Shown: one piece after another, positions 1 to 9,636 of the stretch
How the letters are laid out: each line of letters opens with the position of its first letter
Position numbering within the stretch: position 1 is the stretch's first letter
DNA from: Klebsormidium nitens
Taxonomy: Eukaryota > Plantae > Klebsormidiophyceae
Assembly: GCA_000708835.1 (NCBI GenBank)
Contig: DF236950.1
Coordinates: 466,129 to 530,128 of the forward strand
DNA: 64,000 nt
Reading direction: 5' to 3'
Notes under the pieces: generated by a model
Seen by the model: the letters and a program-made list of their open reading frames with translations, nothing else
What the model was told of the DNA's origin: nothing
Databases searched by the model: none
Position numbers and translations under genes: made by a program

Positions 1-713
1 TACCCCCCAGCTGGTACAACCGGGGGGCTGCCTGTGGCTGGCTGGCCGGGACGAAAGTCCATGGCATGGGAATCCCTGCTGGTGTGCTTTAATTTTAGGG
101 TACTGGTACGTTGTCGTATTATTATTCATTGGGTACAAAATTTAGGTCTTTTCAAGTTGGCGTGGGTATGAAAAGTTGATAATTTTTACCTCTCGTCTTG
201 ACTCTCGGCCCTCGGGCATGCCCGGGAGAGCGGACAATGTTGGTTGAATGTTGCCATGTTGCGTAATTGGCGGGGCATTTGTGCAACCGGTAAAAGCAAC
301 CGCGCGGTGATTAAACAAATAAGAATCAATCTTTGCCAAGTACCCACAGGTTGGTGACTTTCAACCCAGCTTCTTAATACCGTACGGTATAGGTAGGTAC
401 CTAGGTAGGTAGGTACTGGGTAGGTAAGGTAGTAGGTACGGTGCCGGATACCGGTACTGGTAACTCCCATAATCCATTTCACTTCAGAGCCATTTCACTT
501 TAACTTCCAAGCTACCCGGGCAAACAAACTAAAAATCCTAACCGAGAAAATCACCCGCTTCGCGCCCGAAGCCCGGCCCCGAACCCACCCGGACCACAAA
601 ACCAACCCTACCCGTCTCCCGGGCGCCTTTCCTAAGTGAAATGGCTGTTAAGTGAGATGGGAGTTACCAGTGGCAGAGTGGCACGGTACTGACTCTTGTT
701 GACACCACTATTA

Positions 714-999
714 CCCGTACCAACATGCCGGTTGGGCAATAATTAATTATTTTGAATTTTGCCCAAAATTTTTAATACTTTCAAAATTAGGAGTATCATC
801 CTTGCCCAGATTTTCAAATGAGTGAAAATTTGAATATTTGGATCAAGACATTTTGGGTGGTAGGTATGAAAAGGCACTTTCCCTTTTATTTGTACCAAGA
901 TGTTCAAATTCTCAGAGATTCCAAAATGAGTTGCCCAACTTCAAAACGTACGTAATAATAACTGGGCAAAAATCTGCCCAACCGGCGTGTTGGTACGGG
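714..999. mobile_element. MITE-like non-autonomous DNA element, 286 bp, 25-bp terminal inverted repeats flanked by TA (Tc1/mariner-like)
   Basis: Left end cccgtaccaacatgccggttgggca (714-738). Right end tgcccaaccggcgtgttggtacggg (975-999) is its reverse complement with 1 mismatch. TA lies at 712-713 and 1000-1001. The AT-rich interior has no transposase ORF and repeats TGCCCA/TGGGCA. Confidence 0.65.
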
Positions 1000-1238
1000 T
1001 ATAGGTACCCAGGTACCTATGGCAGCTACCTACCTAGGTAGACCGTAGATTGCAAGAAGCGCCCCGAGAAGCGCCAGCGCTGCGACAAGTGTACTGTGTA
1101 CCAGCTGTAGCCTACAAAAGGACTCCCCCAATGCCAATGGGGAATTGATCGATGGGACCACTTCGAAGTCACAAAGGAGGGAGAAATGGCGGGTCCCATT
1201 GAATGAACTACCAGACGTAACAGAAGGTGTAGCAATCG

Positions 1239-4200
1239 ATGGCGTCTGTGGGAACCCCCACGTCTGACACTTCCTTTGCTGTGAGCCACAGTGCAGATCA
1301 GAATGGGCACGAAGAAGTTCGGACGCTCTTTGTGTCGGGGTTGCCGGAAGACGTCCGGGAAAGGGAGCTTTACAACCTAATGAGAACGTTTGAAGGATAC
1401 GAGGGCAGCCAGATCAAACGAGCTGCAAAAAGCTCAAAGGTCAGCGTTATTGTCTTTCAGATGTCAAGAAGCAGGCACCCATGAGCTAGGTGATTTTGCA
1501 GGAAAAAAGTGGCTTGTATATTGAAGTCATCCTCTCATGTTCGCATTGCCTTTTGCCAAAATCTTGAAGAAGTTCTTTTCGCTCTGTCGTGAGCGGGTGT
1601 CCTTTCAATATTATCGCCTGAGCACAAGATTATTTGTTTGTTGCAGCCTGTTGGCTTTGCCACTTTCAGAACCCAAGCTCAGGCGCTGGCTGTGAGAGAA
1701 TCGCTCAATGTGAGTCCATATTCATTGCCATCCCTTGCAAGCCAATCCCTCTGGTTTGATCCACCCAACTTGTGCCGGGCAGCCAATCCTAATTAGAGAA
1801 CCTCTAGCTCATGCAAACTGCCTGTTCCTTGGAGACTCGCATTATGGGCACTCTTTGAAATCATGTGGTGCTGAGTGACGTTGAATGTTGTCCACTACAG
1901 CACAGTAGGAATTTGCATTGTTAATGTTGATGATCACATTGCAGACAATCTAATGGTCCCCCACACAGCCGCCTGTACGGGTCCTTTGCAGGACACCTTG
2001 TTCGACCCGGACATCGATGCGCGGTTACAAATAGATCTGGCTAAGCAAAACTCAAAAGTACTGAAAAGGGGCAGGCCAGGTATGTCCTCTCATGTTATAT
2101 GGAGCAGATTCTACCCACGCCAGGCTCTGGTTGCACCTTTTCACGAACTTCTCTTTCAAAGGCCGATCCTGAACAGACCTGTCTCTGCTCAACCTCAGGA
2201 ACATGGATTGGCTAGGAGACTCTCAAGAGCTGTCAAGATCCTTGCGGAGGATGCCAGATTTTTGTTGGCTTTCAGTGACCTCAACTTACAAGTTTGCGGC
2301 TTTGCTTATGCAGGGGAACTGCAGCAGCCTCGCGAGAAGAAGCTTCGCAGTGCCATTCCCCCACTTGTGACCCTTCCTCCGCTGGATTCATATGCGTTGG
2401 CAGCGGCAGCAGTTGGAGGTGAGTGTCCAGCACTAACTGCATCATCTTGAATCATGCAGGGGTTCCGCACAGTTGTCTAATGGAACCAGCAGCACCATTT
2501 ACTTTGGACTACATTGAAAACATCACTCCACTTTTGGACAGTTCCAGTCTCTTGTCCTGTTATTCACCACCCAGTGAAGCGCCAGACAGACCTGGGCACC
2601 AATCCACACAACACCACTTGCTGTGAACTTTGCCGAGAATCTTACTGGCTCTCCTTGCAAGTACTTCTTCCGCAATGTCAGTGGCACCCACTTTCCAGAA
2701 ACCTGCCAGCAAGCATGGGTCGTTAACGACCTCTTGTGGTCCTACGAGACTGTCGCATCAGAGCCGGACTCACCTCTTTTCACTTCCATTGGGCCAGGCG
2801 CCAACAGCCCCTTCTCCACCCCAACACTCCTCCAAGGCTTGCTGGGAGCACAAAGGTGCACATTCTCCCGTTGGCCCCACTGCGCACCTTCACTGGAACA
2901 CCGCTCCAATGGTCATGCTTATTTCACCTGCTTTGGCTGTGGCTTGCACATGCGATGCTTCTGGGATGCCCCCTGGTTGTTGCATGCTCAAGCAGAACGT
3001 GTTATGAACAGAGCAATGGCTTATGATGCTCCTCTTTCTTGTTTCACAGCGTAGCGGGAACCTCCAGTCTTTTTGCCAACGACCCTTATGCTGCAGCGCT
3101 TGTATCCCACCTGGTAGGCATCACGAGCGCCATCTTTGAGGTCCTCCTGAGTAGAGTCTGACAATTGCACAGCCTGCAGTGGTTCCAACTTGAGGCAGCA
3201 TACTTGCCCTGGTTGTTTGTCCAGATTGTGGCAACTGCGTTTTGATTCTGATCACTTTGTTGTGTGTCGGCTTTCTCCGATGCTTCTGCTGAACTGTGTC
3301 TTTAATACTTGTCTCTACAGCAGCAACAGCACCAACATTCTCAGCAGGCTCGGAACCTGCCCTTTGGATCCAACTTTGCCCCCCTCAATGTGGAGCGCTC
3401 CCCCATCAACCCGCCCTGCTCAACTCTGTTTGTTACAAACCTTGTGGATGGCACGAAAGAGGATGAGCTGAAATCTATGTTCATCCGGTGAGGACTCGGG
3501 CTTTTGCTTGAAGGTCTCACAGAAGACTGCATGATTTTTGACTGGGAAGGGGTGATGTACTTGAAGTGCTTCTGAACTTTGTGACAATGTCCTCTGATCT
3601 CTCTACATCTTGGCTGGTTCAACAAGCAAGTGTTAAGATGCCACGCTGCCCCTTGTCTCACTCATGTGCTTGGGCTGGCTGTCAACCAGTGTCCCAGGCT
3701 TTCGGAAGCTGCGCCTGGTGCAAGGGAACGGAAAGAGGGGTCCAACTGCTTTTGTGGAGTTTGCGGTGAGTGCGCCTTCTACTTGTGATGCTGCTTTTGC
3801 ACAACCTTGTGCTATCAATGCATCAGACGAGGATGCTTCTGTACTCTTGATGTATCTTATCTGATATATTCGTCTACTTGCTTATCCAACTGTAAGCTGC
3901 TCACAGGATACGGAGGCTTCGTCACAAGCAATGCACCAGCTCCAAGGGATCCCCCTCCGCTTTGCGGAGTCAGGAGGACTGACCGTGCAGTAAGTGGCTG
4001 CCATGCTTGTGGTTCGTCTGTCTGTCCTTTAGACCTTTGCCTGATGCTCCTGATGCAGAAGCGGCACTTGTGCAAGCACGCAATGGCAAGAGATATTAAT
4101 GCTTGCAATATACTTGGAGATGAAAGGTGGCTAAAACGTAAGGTCCTAACCTTGCTTGGCTATTGTCGAAAATGGGACTGTGATTCTTCAAGAGGATGGT

Positions 4201-4400
4201 GGATAAGTAGATCAACCCTTTGTCTGCTCTCTTTTACCATCCAATCTGTGCCTCATGGGCAAGGCCTGATGCCGCATTGGCTTGTCTCGTCTGCCCCTGT
4301 ACCTCTCCCAGTCGAAAAGAAGTGCAGCAGTAGTGAACCCTCACCATCTTGCAGGTTTGCTCGTCAGCAAATGCGACCCTCGTCTGCTACCCAGTTCTGA
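1239..4400 (+). CDS. Two-RRM RNA-binding protein (RBPMS/Scw1/Whi3-like, plant U2B''-like family)
   Basis: About 9 exons: 1239-1439, 1647-1709, 1992-2079, 2314-2418, 3055-~3113, 3321-3488, 3690-3765, 3907-~3989, 4355-4400. RRM1 shows [28 protein letters not shown] and [15 protein letters not shown]2 shows [12 protein letters not shown] and GPTAFVEF. All introns are GT-AG with consistent phase. Confidence 0.88.
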
Positions 4401-5678
4401 GGCGCTGGGGTTATGATTGGAAGCCTAGGCCCTTTGCTTTGCCATAAGCTTGCTCTCTCAGTGCCTTCCAAAGGAGGGCTTGTATACTAGGTCAAATCTG
4501 CATGACAATGTCTAGCCACGATCAAGCTACCACGCATGACGTTGAATTCATCTTTACCAGCTGGGGGCTATGGTCGTTGTACAAAAACACGCTAGAAACA
4601 TCTTGCCTGCTTACGGGGTATTTTTCAGACGCCAGAAGCTCGCAACAAACAGACTAGACAGCTTTTGTAACACACAATTAACCTCCTAACACATCTGATA
4701 GGCATTAGGATGTTTGTGCTCAACTCCATTTTTCCAGCATAGTGAAAGCCAATCTTAACGACCATCAGTCCTAACGGCAAGATGCCTGCTAAGTTCGTGC
4801 GCAGCATCCTTTAAGTCATCATACAACAAGAGCAACAACTTCGCTGCGGTTTGTCTTTGTAACTTTGCCAATCACCAATTGGAATTTGGCGATCCTTACA
4901 CCAGCTCACGCGTGCCCAACTTTGGCATGAACGGATTTGGCTAGAGCCTGTTCGACTCTGATCGTTTAGATCAGAGTGTAGGCGGCTGCGGCTGGTTACT
5001 GATCGAGAGCTAGAGCTGGCATTGATCGATGTATATGGCCCTCGGCAGTTGCGAGAACATGGCCAGTGCACGCGCTTAGTACGTAATAATACAGAATCTA
5101 AGTGATCTATGTCGCCAAATTAAACGCACGTACGTCTTATGCGGTCCTGCAAACATCCATGCATACTGGATGAGGCGGCCGCATGGGATCCGAGCATTGA
5201 CTGCAACCCTGAATTCATCAGGATATTTCTAACCGGCCTCTAATCTGGAGGACCCAACCTAGCTGCCGGGATTCATGACTTCTACTGGCATGTGTGCAAG
5301 CCTAGCCTCAACATGGCCAAATGCTATAAGCTGTTCAGGATGTATTCCAAGTTGCAGCTCACTCGTCTCTGCATTTCGAAGAAAGTTATGCAACAGACCA
5401 TCTCGTCAGCTCAATGATCCAAGTCGGATAACAAGTTAGCACAGCCAGTAAGCCCCCTGCAACCTCTTGATCAAGGTTCCCGAGTGTGTCCTATCATACA
5501 CTTCCACGCGACATGCCACCTCAATAATCTTGGAAAGCGGATTGGGCGGGCACATTTCGAATTCAAGGTTACAGTCACTGCTTTTGGCTTCGAGCCTGCC
5601 GCCTCTCGCTATGATTGAAAGGCGCACTTGCACTTACCAAAAGCGGGTCCTCGAAGGAAGAAGAGATACAAGGACACG

Positions 5679-7525
5679 CTAATCCATCCTGCCCTTGAGC
5701 GTCCTGGTGATGACCTCATTTTCAGAGCTGGAAGCGACAGAGAGGTACTGCATTAGCAGCACGAAAGGAACAGAAAGCATGGTTTTGAACGACCTAACCA
5801 ATCGGATGAACAACCAGAAGAAAAACTTCCGGAAACATAAAGTATCCGAAAAATCTGAGCCAATAGGGATATGCTCAGCCATTGAAGCAGTACGAGGCTG
5901 CAGTTTGAGAGTTTCCAACTTGCTCGAAAGATATGAGGAGAAGGAAAGAGGCAAAAGCAACACAAGCCTTGATAGTACACTTACACAATGTGGACAATGC
6001 CGCCCCAGCCACTCAGGCAATCGCGGTCCACAGATGAAAGCAGAGCTTGAGATATCACCTCAAAGAGGTCTTCGGGCTCCTGCATAGATTCGAGATGTGA
6101 TCAACTAAGTGGAGGAGATGCACCCGTCCTGGTTCATGTTCCAACTGTTCACAGGGATGACATCGGCAAAGCGGCGAGTATTGTATTGAGTCGCAGCGGG
6201 TGAGATTTCAAAACGGACAACTTTCATACTGATATGTCACACTACTCACCAAATCTGGTCTGTACATGGATTCGCAGGCCCCATAGAGTGACTCAGACGC
6301 GGTTCCGGAAACGACGAAATCACTGGAGAATTGCCTGCACAGTTGATTCAAGAACAATCGAGCTTAAACATCTGACAGGTTAAAAGCTACTGTTTAATAT
6401 CCTCACAGCTAACCAAAAGACGAGCAACTTGTCAAACATGAACCGATAAAAGGCACGTTGTAAAAACATGCGCAAACTTACAAGTATAACCACTGAGCAG
6501 GATTGTATATGCAAACAAGACTCCTTAGGTCAGGCACAAGAATCATGTATGCATTGACACAGAGTTCTACCAATCAAGAATTGCCGACGAGTGTCAGCTT
6601 GTAAGGACCTACTTTGCGCCCAGAAGATCCATTGTGCAGATGAAGGGCGATCCGTCCGAGTTCAAGCCCGCGATCACAGGCTCCGCAAAATAGGGGCCAA
6701 ACCTGGACCAACAAGCGGCATATCGAAGATCAGAACGGTTTTCGACCTGCCTCACCGTCGGCAACAAACGATGAGAAGAGAAATTTAGAGGCATGCTAGA
6801 GAAGGACACCTGCACAGAGGTAGCTTACACATGCCCACACAGGTGACCCGCATGAATCAATGGCTGATATACCGTTTCTCGTATAACATTGATGAGACCA
6901 GGTTTGCGAAGGTGGATGGCTTCATGTCCCTCTCCTCCCGCAGCTTGTACAGCTTGTGCCGAAAGACGAACCGCTCGTGCCTGCAGAGGGGTTCACCACC
7001 GGCTTTAGTGGCAGGCCAAACTCTGAGACACGCTTGCAGTACATGTCAAGTAAGAGAAGCGGCCAAGAGCAGGGGTTTGACAACAGGGTCCTTTTCAACA
7101 GCTGGAATTTGCCAAAACGAATCAGGAAGTAGTCCTACACCAAGTATGTAAAGTAAGTGGACTCAGAGTAAGTAAACTCACAGTGTCTGCACATCCGATG
7201 CTAAGCCAGAGAGTCCGATGTACAATTTGTCATGGATTTTGAAGATCCGCTGAAAGTCGGTTGCAAGTGTCTGCTGTTGGATGCCCAGCCGCCTGTCGCT
7301 TGCTATGGCGAAGCAATTCTTGCCCATCATGGCAATAATCGCACTGCCATTGTATGTAAGAATCTGCATGATATGAGAAAGACAGCAGTTGATGGATTGC
7401 GATTGGCGTAGAAGAGTGGTCAAAGGTGGTGCTCTGATTCGCAAGAACCAAAAAGAGTGGCCATTTGAACAATGGCTTGCCTTCCACATAAGGGGGAAGG
7501 ATGTGATGATGCAACTTACCGACAT
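5679..7525 (-). CDS. PBC1: 20S proteasome subunit beta type-3
   Basis: Exons 7525-7520 (ATG TCG), 7363-7182, ~6980-6873, 6702-6613, 6334-6250, 6079-5986 and ~5727-5679. Spliced protein runs [63 protein letters not shown] ... [14 protein letters not shown] ... [18 protein letters not shown] ... [15 protein letters not shown] ... RTLKGRMD. Confidence 0.97.
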
Positions 7526-8259
7526 TTTTTGTAGAAGCACAGGCAGCTCCTCAAACCTGGGCAATTGCCTACCCTCCTTCAAGACAAAGTTACCAAGGCG
7601 TCTACACGCAGTTCGTGCAGCGGATGAAGGGCTCGAAATTGCTAACAACCACGGTCCAGCCTGCAAGGAGCACGAGCTGGCAAGCCAACACGAGCAAGCT
7701 GATCCTGAGGCTGGCGCCTGAAGGCCTGAAGGTCTGCTGAAGACGCCTAGCTGTAGGTAGTACCTAGGTAGCTGCGAGACGGAATCAGGTAGAGATGAGC
7801 AGAGTCATGGAGCTGAACTGTGAGTCTGACCTTGCCTCTGAAGACTGACGACTGTGAAGTGAGGCGCTTGCAGAAATTCATGAACCTCTTTCTTTCCGCG
7901 TCGCGTCAGGGTTTGCTAGGTGAGTTACGGCCTGTAGGCTAGAACTGCCCCCCGGTTCTTCCGATTAACCCACGGTTGAAGTTCCGTTTGTGAGAAGGGG
8001 CTAGACGTAAAAGAGCTCAGACTCAGAGTCAAATGAAGGCTCCATGTGGAGGAGCCTGATTTATATATGTGACATAGTCCAGGCTACCAACCTAGACCGA
8101 CCGTAACGCTTTATATATACTGCTAGTATTACACCCTCGACTGGAGATTCCGATCAGCGTTACGCAGGATTTCACCTTTGGATGGATCCTACTGTTTCCA
8201 AATTTTGACATCGATCAAACTCGAGGCTAGCTAGGCTCCAGTGGTCAGTGTCAGTGGAA

Positions 8260-8870
8260 ATTTGCCCCGCACGAATCTTGGTACCGCGCGGTCGGGACCG
8301 TCGAGGGATGGTGAGTACCCAGCCAAAGGTTGCAATAAAAGAGAATTGACGCCGACGGATCTGGGAATCGAACCCAGTGGCGCAAGAGGCACAAAGTTGC
8401 TGAATTTAAATTTTGGTAGAACCGGACGCGGTACTCGACGATTCGGACGCGGTCGGACACTCACCTGGTCGGGTAGCCTTCAAGCACACTAAAAACCTCA
8501 GACCAATGGCTTTGCCGTTAGTGGGAACCCTAATCGTAGAGCAGTCACAGGGAAGGGGCGTAACCCTAACGCACAGTCAGTGCTTTGTGACTTGACCCTA
8601 AGGCTAGTCGAGTGCCCGGTTGAAGTCGTGGTACTAGGTCCGGTTCTCGTACAAATTCTCCGCGGTGGGTACCGTTCCAGTCGATCGACGGTCTCGATCG
8701 TCCGTCTCCAACTCTACCAAAATTTATTCGGGAACTTTGTCCGTTTTGCCCCAGTAGCGGGAGCTCGCGACTTGAGAGCGAGCTCTTTTGCCAATGAACC
8801 AAAAAGTACGACCAATTCCTCTGCTGACGGATCCGAAATACCGTACTGCCATTCGAATTCGCACCCCGGC
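8260..8870. repeat. Degenerate long inverted repeat (arms ~8260-8420 and ~8713-8870) between the divergent PBC1 and IF-1-fusion genes
   Basis: Reverse complement of 8370-8420 (tctaccaaaatttaaattcagcaactttgtgcctcttgcgccact) aligns with 8713-8757 (tctaccaaaatttattcgggaactttgtccgttttgccccagt). Weaker similarity continues outward. Confidence 0.55.
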
Positions 8871-9212
8871 CTAGGCCCACGAATAATTAAGTTTGAACTT
8901 TTTACGATTTCGCATCGATCGACCAAACTGGATTATTTTTAATTTCGTTTTGTCCCATTTTCCCTGCTAAAAGACCTGTTTTTGGCCTTAAAAACTTTGA
9001 ATTTGCATTTCAACTTTTCGACCAGGCAGAGAATAATTCATTGAAATTTTCGACCTGGTCTTGAATAATTATTTTTTATGCGAATTCACAATGGCAGTAC
9101 GGTATACAAAAAAGAGATTTGTGAAATCGACGGTGTACAATACATGAGACTGATCCCCTTCTTTCATCGACGGGTGAATCAGGTACAATTCCGTCAGAGT
9201 AAACAAGCACGA

Positions 9213-9375
9213 ATCACAGTAAATCGACTCGGTCACAGATAACCGAGCCTCCAAGAGGTCAAAGGTGAGCGACAAGTGCACACGGTCACATTGAACCGAC
9301 TCATTTCACAGCAACCGACTCGGTCACAGTTAAACTGAGCCGCCATGAGTACGAAAGTGAGCGGTGAGTGTACAC
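9213..9375 (+). repeat. Degenerate direct repeat (period ~92 bp) built from a ~17-bp submotif tcacag-n-aaccgactc
   Basis: cgactcggtcacagataaccgagcc...gtgagcgacaagtgcacac recurs as cgactcggtcacagttaaactgagcc...gtgagcggtgagtgtacac. Confidence 0.55.
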
Positions 9376-9636
9376 TCAAACAGTGCTACAGCAAATATGA
9401 GCAAAGCCTCAGTGTGAAGATGCGCAAGAGTGTGCTTATTGAAACCCTTGAGTGTGAGACGATTATATCAGTGTGAGTGCCTGTTTACACCTTTTGAAAC
9501 GCATTAGGCTCGTCGCGACCTGAGTCATGTCTGCGCAGCAAAATTGGTCTCTAGAATTGGCAGAGGTGCTTCTTCGAGTTCTTCGCGGCGGGCCGCTTTG
9601 CGCTGCGACTCAGGCTGGCTTCTGCTTTGGCCAGGA

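Noticed and set aside
1875-3054. ORFs of 125-191 aa inside the RRM gene
   Set aside because: They are read-through across exons 3-4 and intronic sequence. The intronic parts lack motifs and codon bias.
8361-8377. Perfect tRNA T-arm on the minus strand (ctggg-ttcgatt-cccag)
   Set aside because: There is no matching acceptor-stem 5' strand, D-arm/A-box or anticodon arm upstream, so it is not called a tRNA. It is mentioned only as part of the inverted-repeat finding.
9213-9375. Repeats considered as a CRISPR-like array (also 42217-42320)
   Set aside because: There are no unique spacers or cas genes, and the context is eukaryotic.
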